From positions 1-64,000 of the IMG/VR virus record IMGVR_UViG_3300020050_009513: a DNA stretch of 64,000 bases, one strand, 5' to 3'. Positions 1-9,192 of the stretch are shown here, piece by piece. Source of the stretch: a virus. Its lineage: Duplodnaviria; Caudoviricetes. Position 1 is the stretch's first letter; each line of letters starts with the position of its first letter. Below the pieces are notes generated by a model that was not told where the DNA came from, searched no databases, and saw only the letters and a list, made by a program, of their open reading frames with translations. A program made the translations under genes and the position numbers.

Positions 1-27
1 ATAGCAGATACAATAATTGCTTCCATA

Positions 28-255
28 CTATTCCTCTTCTTCTGTATCGTAATCCTGTTCCCAATTATATTGCTTTCGTTTATGTACTGGCTTAGTTGAT
101 TGGCTCTTCTTACCATCTAGAGCTAGGACTTCTTCGTCAAAAGGGAAGTCCCAGTCTTCTAGATCAGACACGCTAACGTCTCCACTAAGCAGGTGTTTCA
201 GTGACTTCTTGTCCACTAGTCTTCTCCCGCTTTTCAGTAGTAAAAGGTACACCAA
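28..255 (-). CDS. hypothetical protein, acidic C-terminus
   Basis: ORF track; part of the packed minus-strand gene run. Confidence 0.45.
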   Translation of the reverse strand: MVYLLLLKSGRRLVDKKSLKHLLSGDVSVSDLEDWDFPFDEEVLALDGKKSQSTKPVHKRKQYNWEQDYDTEEEE

Positions 256-472
256 GTTTAAGCATCTCGGCCTTAAGCATCTTCTTAGTAGAGTGCGGGG
301 ACTTGGATGTTACCGTAAGGATGAACTCTCCTGTTGTAGCATTAGAGATGGCGCCCTCTTTCATAGAGGGAGACATGTGTGCTTTAAGTGCAAGGTCGCC
401 TGCTTGATAAGTCTGAACGGAAGTCCAACTCTTATCAGGATTCTTAGCATACCGAATACGATTAGTGCTCAT
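185..472 (-). CDS. hypothetical protein
   Basis: ORF track; AGGAG upstream of ATG. Confidence 0.6.
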   Translation of the reverse strand: MSTNRIRYAKNPDKSWTSVQTYQAGDLALKAHMSPSMKEGAISNATTGEFILTVTSKSPHSTKKMLKAEMLKLGVPFTTEKREKTSGQEVTETPA

Positions 473-719
473 AATAAAACTCCTTAGTAAAATAACGATC
501 TATAACAATCATAACACGTTCATCCTGAAAAGCTAACATAGTCTCATCATTGTCGTGCTCAGGATAAGTTATACACAAATGATTATACAATACGTCGTGG
601 ATGTATAAGATAGCATCGCGGCGGTCCATGCCGCGAGCTTTAATATACTTACCCACTAGCTCTGTTCGGATATCATTTGCATTGAATGCTAACCATTCCG
701 CAACAGAGTAGGCATTCAT
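462..719 (-). CDS. hypothetical protein
   Basis: ORF track; ATGA overlap with upstream small ORF. Confidence 0.6.
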   Translation of the reverse strand: MNAYSVAEWLAFNANDIRTELVGKYIKARGMDRRDAILYIHDVLYNHLCITYPEHDNDETMLAFQDERVMIVIDRYFTKEFYYEH

Positions 720-859
720 TCAAAAAACCTCTTAGTTAAAAGTTCGTTAGCCACTTCGTAGGGATGTCCTAATACAAACCGATAGTACAAGTAAGACAGG
801 AATACATTGCCTACATAGGCCCCTGAAACAATAATCAATAACTTCAGTAGGTCTACCAT
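716..859 (-). CDS. small membrane protein (47 aa, not in ORF track)
   Basis: Manual translation MVDLLKLLIIVSGAYVGNVFLSYLYYRFVLG...; fills the gap between neighbours. Confidence 0.5.
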   Translation of the reverse strand: MVDLLKLLIIVSGAYVGNVFLSYLYYRFVLGHPYEVANELLTKRFFE

Positions 860-916
860 CTATCACCATTCCTTTTATAAAATTGCTCAAGCTCTTCTAC
901 ATATAACTCCATCACT

Positions 917-1213
917 CTATAGTCCTCCGATCCCAGTCCCGCTTTCACTGCCATCTCCAGTAGTGAAGGTGATTGATCCAAGACCAGTGTATCCTGCTGT
1001 GTAGGTGTTTGCCCAGTAGTCATTGATACTACGCTGAGATGCCTTTTGTTTGGCTGCATTCAACTCCTTTTCTAATTGAATAACTTTATCCTCAAGATAC
1101 TCCACATAAGAATCTTTATCTAAGCAAGTTAATTCAGTTTTAACTACAGGCTCTGGGGGTTTAGGCTTTCTATTTTGCCAGCGCACTAGCATGTTACGTT
1201 CAAACTTATTCAT
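917..1213 (-). CDS. hypothetical coiled-coil protein
   Basis: ORF track; GGAG RBS upstream. Confidence 0.6.
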   Translation of the reverse strand: MNKFERNMLVRWQNRKPKPPEPVVKTELTCLDKDSYVEYLEDKVIQLEKELNAAKQKASQRSINDYWANTYTAGYTGLGSITFTTGDGSESGTGIGGL

Positions 1214-1359
1214 ACTCCACCTTTAGTAAACAGTGTCCTCCACAAGTACATGACTTCTTTACTTCTTGTCCGCACTCGGAACAGTAGGCTTCGAAGAACT
1301 CGAAGCCCAACCGAGCAGCAAACTCTGCTATGTTAGCAGTGATTACTTTAATGTACATA

Positions 1360-2040
1360 TTAATGGAAGTACAGGGAAGGATCAATAGACATTCCGCCAG
1401 AGGTAAGCTGTAGTGACTGGCTTCCTGCACCAGTTTGTGCATAGTCCAAACGAATAGTGTGGACTCCTTTACGAAGATACCGTTGACCAGTTACCAATGT
1501 AGTACCGTGGTTGTTATCATTATCAATAACTTTAGCACCATCAATATACAACAGAGACGCATCGTCGCTACTCAATTCAAAACCGTAGTGACCCGAAGTC
1601 AAGACAACAAGCTGTCCTGTACAACGTAGCAAATACATGTTTTTATAAATGGCACGAAGGGCCGGCGGCAATACGTTCATGCCCTCACTGATAGGACTGT
1701 CTGGTTGATTAAACAAACCTGCATAGAGATAGGTACTTACTGTACTAACTCCGCTTAGAGTGTTATGTCCTGCAATCGAGGATTGAATACGGTCCCCACC
1801 AGTAATACTATACAAAGTACAAGACAACCCTGCACTGAGCATTGTTTGTCCGAGAGCCAAACGATATTCATTCTCATCTGCAATGATAGCTGCAATAGGA
1901 TCAACCGGAGTAGGGGCTGGAGCTGGCACTACAACAACTTCACCCGGCGCACCAGTTGCTCCAGTCATACCTGTATCACCACGATCACCAGCACAAGCAG
2001 CCAACGTCAACAGAGCAGCAACACACAATAGCATTTTCAT
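1360..2040 (-). CDS. lipoprotein with short collagen-like segment and C-terminal PA14 domain
   Basis: Lipobox LAAC; G-x-x repeat GDRGDTGMTGATGAPGE; PA14 signature YGFELSSDDASLLYIDG..VIDNDNNH...LRKGVHTIRLDYAQ. Confidence 0.85.
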   Translation of the reverse strand: MKMLLCVAALLTLAACAGDRGDTGMTGATGAPGEVVVVPAPAPTPVDPIAAIIADENEYRLALGQTMLSAGLSCTLYSITGGDRIQSSIAGHNTLSGVSTVSTYLYAGLFNQPDSPISEGMNVLPPALRAIYKNMYLLRCTGQLVVLTSGHYGFELSSDDASLLYIDGAKVIDNDNNHGTTLVTGQRYLRKGVHTIRLDYAQTGAGSQSLQLTSGGMSIDPSLYFH

Positions 2041-2498
2041 TTGTAGATCTCCTTCTTAAGTTTATTAAATTCAATTCCGCATCTTACTTTAATACTATCT
2101 TTACTTCTTCCAACCATACAAGCTACGTCTTGATAAGTCAAGTCCGGGTCAGCAACTATCAACATGAGGACTTCTCTCATATATCCTTCATAGCTATTTA
2201 CTTTTTCTAACAAAAGACTCATTGTTTGTTTACCAGAATAAATATCCTCCGGGGTTAGTTCTTGCATTGCAACTGGTACATCCTCCGAGTATACTAGTTT
2301 AGATTGTAGTCCGTCAATGAAAGTATTTCTACATACAGCAGCATAGTAACCAGCAGGGATAGCTTCATCACCAAACTTCTCGTAAAGCTTTAGGACTGTC
2401 TCTGCTATTAGTTCGTCTCGTCTATGTCCGTGATCTTTAGTTAACCTTGACGCCAGTCCAATCAAAGACCGGGAGTTTAAATAGTCTGCGGCTTTCAA
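2037..2498 (-). CDS. small sigma70/ECF-like RNA polymerase sigma factor
   Basis: Region-2-like RRDELIAETVLKLYEK; region-4 HTH LTYQDVACMVGRSKDSIKVR; 153 aa. Confidence 0.7.
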   Translation of the reverse strand: MKAADYLNSRSLIGLASRLTKDHGHRRDELIAETVLKLYEKFGDEAIPAGYYAAVCRNTFIDGLQSKLVYSEDVPVAMQELTPEDIYSGKQTMSLLLEKVNSYEGYMREVLMLIVADPDLTYQDVACMVGRSKDSIKVRCGIEFNKLKKEIYK

Positions 2499-3153
2499 GT
2501 TGCTTACACTCCTTCATCAGTAGTTCATGCAGATACGTAGGTGACGCCATGCTTGATCCTGTAAGCTTACCAATACGATTACCTGTGATAGTAGACACAA
2601 CAGTCCCGGCCCTTACTAGTACACCCGGTCCAGTGTTACCTACTCCACCTTCGTATGTTACGACGTGAAAGTTATCACCTAGTCCTTCGTACTTATATGA
2701 TGCAGGATACCGTTTAGTCTTAGAAATGTCTACCGAATCATTACCTGCCGCCACTACTACCTGTACTCCGTTGTCTGTCATAGACTTAAGTAACTCAAAC
2801 TCTCCAGGTTCTTTTTCGTTACCTGTGAGTGAGATGTTTATATACCTAACTCCATACATAGAGGCAAGAGACAAACAGGCTGACGTACTATTCCTATAGT
2901 TACAGGAGTATACGGTTACATTCAACTCAGGACACAAAGGTTCAATCGGTTGTCCTGTGTACGGGCTCACCTCTTTAAAGAGAATGATACCAGCAACATG
3001 AGTCCCATGGTCGATGCCGTCATTGACTGTGTTCTTTACTCTATCCGCAAATAGAGAATGGTCACTAGTGGCCGTATCAATAATCATTACGCTTGTGGCG
3101 TTTGCTGTACTAAGAAGCCCGAGCAGCGCGAGGAGCAGACTTATGTTTCGCAT
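2437..3153 (-). CDS. exported subtilisin-like serine protease (S8)
   Basis: Signal peptide; catalytic motifs IIDT, HGTHVAGII, GSSMASP; oxyanion AAGND. Confidence 0.9.
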   Translation of the reverse strand: MRNISLLLALLGLLSTANATSVMIIDTATSDHSLFADRVKNTVNDGIDHGTHVAGIILFKEVSPYTGQPIEPLCPELNVTVYSCNYRNSTSACLSLASMYGVRYINISLTGNEKEPGEFELLKSMTDNGVQVVVAAGNDSVDISKTKRYPASYKYEGLGDNFHVVTYEGGVGNTGPGVLVRAGTVVSTITGNRIGKLTGSSMASPTYLHELLMKECKQLESRRLFKLPVFDWTGVKVN

Positions 3154-3976
3154 ATGCTTTCTCCTGATATGAAAGAGTTTGTTTAGTCATGGTCTTACCA
3201 TACGCTACACGCTGGAGCCAGTCAACCCATCCAAAGATATCAGTCAGGTCAACGCTACCTTCTTTCAAACGAATCTCAATGGTGCGCATTTCTTTATAGG
3301 CACAGACATTAATATCTTTGTAACGATTAACAGAAGACTTTCCTTTAAGAGCACGCATGGCTATAGCAGGAGTTACGGCCTTACAAAACTTATTGTTAAG
3401 ACGTTCCTTTGCTACCATCTTACGCATCTTAGCACGAGCCTTGATAAGATTCTTAACGGCAGTCTCAGGACTGAAGTTACGCATGTCTAAATGTACGTGA
3501 AGTCCGCAGGAGTTGTTCACATCAGGCTGCATCCACGCAAATAACTCTTTCATCTTAGACTTAACCATGGTAAGCTCACGTTCACAAACTAAGACACGAA
3601 ACTCAACACCCTCAGATTGTTTATAATGTTTACGCTTAAAGGCATCTACTTTAGTTGCAAACGTATAATACTCAGTCTCTGCTCTAAATACTTGACTGTA
3701 AGTTTCTGCTGTTCGATTGGGGTTATTCCAATGTTGATTGCTCAAAATATTTAAATTCAAATTCATTTTATTAAGCTGCCCGTGCATAGATTCATATTCA
3801 GCTTTAATATTATCTGAAGTCCACACACCATTAGGCATGATAGATCCATCTCCACCTGCGTCTACATTAGACTCCAGTCCTAGCTCAGTAATCTTCTTAC
3901 GGATTGCATCACGACGTTTATCAGAGAAGCATTCAATCTCAATACCATAGTAACGATCTTGTGTAGAAGGGCGCAT
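3110..3976 (-). CDS. amidoligase (COOH-NH2 ligase type 2)
   Basis: GIEIEC, GDGSI, GVEFR, NNSCGLHVHLD, RYKDIN, TIEIR. Confidence 0.85.
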   Translation of the reverse strand: MRPSTQDRYYGIEIECFSDKRRDAIRKKITELGLESNVDAGGDGSIMPNGVWTSDNIKAEYESMHGQLNKMNLNLNILSNQHWNNPNRTAETYSQVFRAETEYYTFATKVDAFKRKHYKQSEGVEFRVLVCERELTMVKSKMKELFAWMQPDVNNSCGLHVHLDMRNFSPETAVKNLIKARAKMRKMVAKERLNNKFCKAVTPAIAMRALKGKSSVNRYKDINVCAYKEMRTIEIRLKEGSVDLTDIFGWVDWLQRVAYGKTMTKQTLSYQEKAYAKHKSAPRAARAS

Positions 3977-3985
3977 GTTATATCC

Positions 3986-4165
3986 TTAGTGTAATTGGTT
4001 ACGTTCTTTTTTATCAGCAGCAAGTAACAAGTCTTCAAGCTGATCTAGTTCTTCATACAATTGATAGCGTCGTACATTATCGGCAGGTGATTCACCTAGT
4101 GTAATCATCTCATCTTCAATAGCATTGATACGTTCAAGCAACAAACTAATATCTTCTATAATCAT
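3986..4165 (-). CDS. small acidic helical protein (59 aa, not in ORF track)
   Basis: Manual translation MIIEDISLLLERINAIEDEMITLGESP...; AAGGA RBS upstream. Confidence 0.6.
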   Translation of the reverse strand: MIIEDISLLLERINAIEDEMITLGESPADNVRRYQLYEELDQLEDLLLAADKKERNQLH

Positions 4166-4166
4166 T

Positions 4167-4346
4167 TTATTTTCCTTTTTTTAATTTACCTACTCTTGAG
4201 ATTTCTTTATAACCCGTACAAGCTTTAGTGTGTGCGCATCTGTATGGAGTAAAATTGAAATGATTATTTTTAGGCCATCCACATTTACAAATAAGTAATC
4301 CCATACGCTCAGCTTCTTGTCTTGACATTTGAATAGTAATACTCAT
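4167..4346 (-). CDS. small Cys/His-rich putative Zn-binding protein (59 aa, not in ORF track)
   Basis: Manual translation contains CKCGWPKNNH...CAHTKAC; overlaps stop of ATP-grasp gene. Confidence 0.55.
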   Translation of the reverse strand: MSITIQMSRQEAERMGLLICKCGWPKNNHFNFTPYRCAHTKACTGYKEISRVGKLKKGK

Positions 4347-5086
4347 CTACTTCCCCTAAAGTATTCTACATACCGATCAAGTGTAGTACCTTCAATGCCA
4401 GGTGCCGTATTAATTTCTAGAACATAAGCTTTGTTGTCGCGTTCTTTGTATACAATATCAAGGGCACCGAAGTCAAGGCCGACGGCGGCCAACGCCTTGA
4501 GAGCTTGGTCCTTTACTACAACCGGAAGGTCAACGCCATCACGACAGAACACCCAACCATTAACACTGTTCTTAATCAGTCCGCTGCTATCCGACCCGGC
4601 CTTACGCTTCTTCTTACTATAGTCAATCACGTTGCCGCCAGCCACATGCACCCTATACTCGTGTGCTTTGTGAATAGCCTTGGTATACAACGGGCAAGTC
4701 GGGACTTCATATACATCAGCAGTTACAATCTCAATGCCCGATCCCTGTTGTCCAACTAGGTGGCGGCGAGCATAAGCATACCCGTCATTGCGCAACCAAT
4801 CAACTACTGTATGCTTACTTGTAGTCCAGTCAGGAATAGACACGCCATGTTGTTGAAGTGTTTCAAGTGTGTACAATTTATTTTTAGCGAGAGCTACTGA
4901 CGTATTACTATTCAAAATACGTAGACCACCTCGGTTACGGAGGGTCAAATTGTCTCGACCCCAATTAATAATTGTAGTATTGAAGGGCATGATCTTAGTC
5001 CCATCAATCCGCTTAACATTCAGTGCTTGGGCCAGAGCCTTAGCCGACTCTGACCCCATCTTATACGGAGCAATGAATAGTTTCAT
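4343..5086 (-). CDS. ATP-grasp ligase (RimK-like)
   Basis: EYRVHV, DFGALDIV, VLEINTAPG. Confidence 0.9.
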   Translation of the reverse strand: MKLFIAPYKMGSESAKALAQALNVKRIDGTKIMPFNTTIINWGRDNLTLRNRGGLRILNSNTSVALAKNKLYTLETLQQHGVSIPDWTTSKHTVVDWLRNDGYAYARRHLVGQQGSGIEIVTADVYEVPTCPLYTKAIHKAHEYRVHVAGGNVIDYSKKKRKAGSDSSGLIKNSVNGWVFCRDGVDLPVVVKDQALKALAAVGLDFGALDIVYKERDNKAYVLEINTAPGIEGTTLDRYVEYFRGSR

Positions 5087-5094
5087 GTTACATC

Positions 5095-6189
5095 CTAGTG
5101 TCTGAAGTTATAGTTACCCAACTCTTCTTCAACCTGACGCTCAGTCAATACTCGAATATGAGTAGGAGCTTTGAAATACTCAATCATCTTGGCACTAAGA
5201 TTCTTTTTAGACTTGGATGCAGGCAATTGAACTACGTTGGAAGGCTCGTCCTTAACCGGCTTGCTTGTAGTACCACCTTGGTAGACATGAGAACCTTTTG
5301 AGTTATTGGATGTCGAACCAGAATAACCTCCGTAGCTAGCCGATCTGGCTCCCTCCTTAAAGGAGATCAAGTCAGGCAACATATCAGTATTAGGGTACAA
5401 CCGAATGAAGTTACCATCCTGTACTTGACGCGGCTCACGATAAGTAAAACCCAAAGTCTCACATACATTCTTAATGTTGTAGTCACTAGATGCAAACACA
5501 AAAGACTCAAGCTCTTCAATCCAAGCGATGTAGAAGTTACTATTGTGTGCCTTGAACAAGTCAAGAATACGACGACCATCGGCATCACGACCGAACACGG
5601 CTGATACATAGTACCCAACTAACGAAGACGACAGTGCATTGAGTGTCTTCATCGGATCTAAGTTAACACCGTTCTCTAGATACGAGATAAGGATTGACTC
5701 GCTATCACAGGTGGACAATGTAAACTTAAAGTCCTCGACGTTTTGAATAACACCATTGTGAATCAACGAAGTGTCGTCCATAACAAAAGGGTGAGTGTTC
5801 TGCATACCACGACTACTAGTTGCCATCCGAGTGTGCAATGTAATAGCAGTCATAGTGTTAATGTCAACGGGACCGAAGTTGTTGTACTCACCTTCAGCCG
5901 GGTCACCTGCCGGGACATCTGGAGTAGACTTGTCTTGATCCTTATACATAAGCACTGAGTTAAATACTGATTGAACAATATCCTTAGACTCAACATGCTT
6001 AAGTGTAGGAAAGCTTTGTTTATTTTTAAGCCAACGCTCACCAAACAACTCACCGCGAACATTGGTCGCTGCATAACCAAGCCCGTCGCTGTTGCCCACT
6101 GACATAACGCTGGACATTTCTTTAATGAAAGCTAGTGCATTTTCCCGTGTGCTATCTTTGATTGTAGGAATGATAAGTACTTTACACAT
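5095..6189 (-). CDS. class II glutamine amidotransferase (Ntn fold)
   Basis: N-terminal MC nucleophile; DGLGYA, HTRMATS, NTHPF, HNGVI, CDSE. Confidence 0.9.
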   Translation of the reverse strand: MCKVLIIPTIKDSTRENALAFIKEMSSVMSVGNSDGLGYAATNVRGELFGERWLKNKQSFPTLKHVESKDIVQSVFNSVLMYKDQDKSTPDVPAGDPAEGEYNNFGPVDINTMTAITLHTRMATSSRGMQNTHPFVMDDTSLIHNGVIQNVEDFKFTLSTCDSESILISYLENGVNLDPMKTLNALSSSLVGYYVSAVFGRDADGRRILDLFKAHNSNFYIAWIEELESFVFASSDYNIKNVCETLGFTYREPRQVQDGNFIRLYPNTDMLPDLISFKEGARSASYGGYSGSTSNNSKGSHVYQGGTTSKPVKDEPSNVVQLPASKSKKNLSAKMIEYFKAPTHIRVLTERQVEEELGNYNFRH

Positions 6190-6204
6190 ATGTATATCCT
6201 TTTG

Positions 6205-7389
6205 TTAAACGGCCACGTCGTAAACAGTAGAGTCCTGATGGTCCTGCAAAGTATTCTGCGTACCCTTGAACTTCTCTTGGCGGGTTACAATATACTTAGT
6301 TAGTCGGGCATCAGCTTGAAAGATACTTGCAAAGCTTTCGGCAGTAATGTTTGCAGAGAGTATAGTAGGGTGCTCAACTGCATACTTAATGATTGAAAAC
6401 CAATTCAGAATCTTACTAGCATTCAGTGTACCAGAATGCAAACGAACTTCAACCGTTTTATATTTACGATACGACTCCGGGTTAATTGCCTGATACCGAT
6501 TCATATCTGAGTCAGGGTTAGTATAGTTATTAGTCAAGCAGTACCGATTGTCTCGACGGCTAGCGGGAACAATCGACTTAAGCAACGGAACCATACGGAC
6601 CATGTTGTTATACATCTTAAGATAGTCACGGTTGCGTGCATCGAAATGCATATGCATACCACAACTATCATTAACATAACCGCCAGCTTCCTTGAGTACA
6701 GCACAGACACGAGTGATAATATCTTTCATGTCCTGCTCTTTACACAAGATAGCAATCTCATGTGTCCTACCACCAAGGCTAGGATCAACTTGAATACTAC
6801 TGTCACCCTTGATGTTAACATACCGATGTAAGTTAGCAGCAATGAACCGATCAGTTAACATGTTACGGTCATCTTGTGTAATACACTCAAGTTCAGTACC
6901 TACGTAGTTATCTTTGATACGATTGTGCGGAGCCTTACTCTGTGCAATAACATCCCGCTTGTTAACAGTAAGAGCTAATGCTGCAATTGTATTTGCCTCA
7001 GTGAACACGCCACCTGTTACACGATAGGACATGCCCATGTAGTTACGACGGTCGGTCTTAACTGTTGAAGTGTAACGCTTACGTGTCTCACGTAATTCTT
7101 CAATGCACCGATTGCAAAATTGTTTAAGCTCCGCAGAGGTAGGATAAGATGTGAACATCTCTTTCCATTTATGCTTACGTCCTAAAGTAAGGACTACCCA
7201 TGTCGAGGTGTATGCATATTCATCCCGCAGGGTGGAGCGCAACTGCTTCATTTCAGCACCGGCAAATTCACCCTCCCATTTATCAATGGGGCGGATACCA
7301 CGCAATCCACGCATACGTTTATACATCTCAGCCATCTCAGTGGTATCGTTAGCTAATTCATAAATCTTAAGATTCCATTTGCGAGACAT
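6205..7389 (-). CDS. amidoligase (COOH-NH2 ligase type 2) with N-terminal extension
   Basis: GTELEC, GDSSI, NDSCGMHMHFD, RYQAIN, TVEVRLHSGTLN. Confidence 0.85.
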   Translation of the reverse strand: MSRKWNLKIYELANDTTEMAEMYKRMRGLRGIRPIDKWEGEFAGAEMKQLRSTLRDEYAYTSTWVVLTLGRKHKWKEMFTSYPTSAELKQFCNRCIEELRETRKRYTSTVKTDRRNYMGMSYRVTGGVFTEANTIAALALTVNKRDVIAQSKAPHNRIKDNYVGTELECITQDDRNMLTDRFIAANLHRYVNIKGDSSIQVDPSLGGRTHEIAILCKEQDMKDIITRVCAVLKEAGGYVNDSCGMHMHFDARNRDYLKMYNNMVRMVPLLKSIVPASRRDNRYCLTNNYTNPDSDMNRYQAINPESYRKYKTVEVRLHSGTLNASKILNWFSIIKYAVEHPTILSANITAESFASIFQADARLTKYIVTRQEKFKGTQNTLQDHQDSTVYDVAV

Positions 7390-7392
7390 ATA

Positions 7393-7830
7393 TTACCAGC
7401 CTTTCTGAGGGAACTTAGAAGGTTTCTCAATCGCCATAGTAACGCCATCTTGATGCCAAGTATCTACTACCGCACCGTTCTTATAAAGAACTACTGTAGC
7501 TTTAATGCGCAGTCGTTCAAAACATTTAGTGAAGGTATCAACCGCACCCTTCCACTGTGACTCGCATACTTTGTGTGTCTCAAGATAATCTCGACCAATA
7601 CTCTTACGACGTGGGTCAGTTGGTGTCATTTTGATATGGTTCTTATAGTCAGAGATAAAGATTTGTTTATCTCCGATTGTATAAGCCAACTGAGTTGCTG
7701 TCTTATTACTAGCAAGTACGGTAAGTTTTAAACCTTGCAGCTTTTTAAGAATCATATTGTGTACATCACGAGTAAGTACACCAGCTTGCTTATACTCACA
7801 GCTAAGATTTGTAATTTTAATTTCGTACAT
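7393..7830 (-). CDS. hypothetical protein
   Basis: ORF track; GAGG RBS. Confidence 0.7.
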   Translation of the reverse strand: MYEIKITNLSCEYKQAGVLTRDVHNMILKKLQGLKLTVLASNKTATQLAYTIGDKQIFISDYKNHIKMTPTDPRRKSIGRDYLETHKVCESQWKGAVDTFTKCFERLRIKATVVLYKNGAVVDTWHQDGVTMAIEKPSKFPQKGW

Positions 7831-7831
7831 G

Positions 7832-8293
7832 TTAACCTCTCAAGAAAGTCCAGTTTAGTTTAGGATGTTCGTTCTCAATGTACTTCTTCATAGGATTGAA
7901 CAATGAGTGTGCCCGGAAAAGAATACCAGATACAATCGGAATGTCAACCTCAGTTTGAAGATTCTCTACTAGATCGTCGATGCATACTTGACCTGCCAAT
8001 GCCACATCTTCTGGGGTATCTTTGTGCCGACCAAAGAATCGGTTAGCTACAAACATAAAGCAAAAGGTTAACTCAGTAGCGCCGTGTCCTACTAGACAGA
8101 AATCAATCTGTCCTACCTCACGTCCGTCTAAGCATGCCTTAAGATACTTATCGTATACCTCAGGTAAGTCCCGCTTAAGAGCACGACCTTCAGGAGTAAG
8201 ATCAAATGCAGAGCCGCATACATCTACATCAAGTACATACAAAGCTTCCTTATCTGCTTCCCAAGGAAACTCTTTCTCCTCAATCCGTACCAT
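7832..8293 (-). CDS. divergent macro-domain-like protein
   Basis: GRALKRDLPEVYDKYLKAC...G..., a ..FFG.. strand and PIVSG near the C-terminus echo small phage macro domains; glycine loops are degenerate. Confidence 0.4.
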   Translation of the reverse strand: MVRIEEKEFPWEADKEALYVLDVDVCGSAFDLTPEGRALKRDLPEVYDKYLKACLDGREVGQIDFCLVGHGATELTFCFMFVANRFFGRHKDTPEDVALAGQVCIDDLVENLQTEVDIPIVSGILFRAHSLFNPMKKYIENEHPKLNWTFLRG

Positions 8294-8480
8294 AGTTCAA
8301 CTCCTGCTTAGCAAGTTGAGTAAGCACCGCTTGCTCAGCATCCTCAAGCAGTTGCTCACGTTGTTCTTGCTCCGCACCTTCAGGGAATACAAGATTGTGA
8401 AATGTGAATTGATTATCAACTGTTACAGTTACGTAGCACGAGAACTCTTCGCCTCGTTTGAAATGAAACACTTGTCTCAT
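8280..8480 (-). CDS. hypothetical protein
   Basis: ORF track; AAGGAG RBS encoded in upstream ORF tail. Confidence 0.65.
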   Translation of the reverse strand: MRQVFHFKRGEEFSCYVTVTVDNQFTFHNLVFPEGAEQEQREQLLEDAEQAVLTQLAKQELNYGTD

Positions 8481-8776
8481 GGCAACTCCTTATAATTTCT
8501 AGGATATAATTTTACATTCTTATTTAACCACTCAGTTTCGTCATTTGTAGATGTGTATATTTCATTCTCCGGTAAATAACAAAACACCCAATAATCATCA
8601 GCCTTTACAGCTGCTACAGGATCAAACATACCAGTAAGATAACAAGTGATGACTGTCTTTCCTGAATAGTTCTTCTGCAAGAAAGCTATATTATCTAATA
8701 GGTGCCTGCCTCTTTCTTCTATATAAGGATTACCGTAATGCTTTACCATTCTTTCTCCGCAACCTTTGAAGTTCAA
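8477..8776 (-). CDS. hypothetical protein ending PRNYKELP (true start probably the internal MVKHYG)
   Basis: ORF track; shared C-terminal motif. Confidence 0.6.
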   Translation of the reverse strand: MNFKGCGERMVKHYGNPYIEERGRHLLDNIAFLQKNYSGKTVITCYLTGMFDPVAAVKADDYWVFCYLPENEIYTSTNDETEWLNKNVKLYPRNYKELP

Positions 8777-8872
8777 TGAAACGAAACATCAACTCTTCAT
8801 CTGTCTCGATCGGAGGTTGATACTTAAGTAATGCAAATGCTACCATCAACATGAAGATACATACGAGGATAA

Positions 8873-9145
8873 TCATTTGTCTTTCCATCCTTTGATCTCA
8901 TCTTCCATAACAGTAATTTCATCCTGTTGGAAAGGATCAATTGTATAGATGATGCTAGTCTCTGATTTAATATAGTCAATGAATCGGTGAGTGATGTTTA
9001 CTTCAATGATCATACCTTCTTGCTCGCCATTGAGTAACTCTACCCAATCACCTAAACGATACAAAGGAATAGGCTCGACCTGTTCTTCTTGATAGGACAC
9101 GCAACCATTCTCATCAACAAACTTCACAAGCACTGTGTCAGACAT
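8873..9145 (-). CDS. hypothetical protein (possible SH3/KOW-like barrel)
   Basis: Start trimmed to MSDTV after GGAGGG RBS; YRLGDWVELLNGEQEGMIIEV pattern. Confidence 0.6.
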   Translation of the reverse strand: MSDTVLVKFVDENGCVSYQEEQVEPIPLYRLGDWVELLNGEQEGMIIEVNITHRFIDYIKSETSIIYTIDPFQQDEITVMEDEIKGWKDK

Positions 9146-9192
9146 GTTCCCTCCAAGGTAAGGCGGCCTCACTTAAGAAGCCGCCGCTATTC

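Noticed and set aside
9165-9188. GGCGGC-N12-GCCGCC hairpin between ORFs
   Set aside because: No U-tract on the coding strand and no second copy; function unsupported
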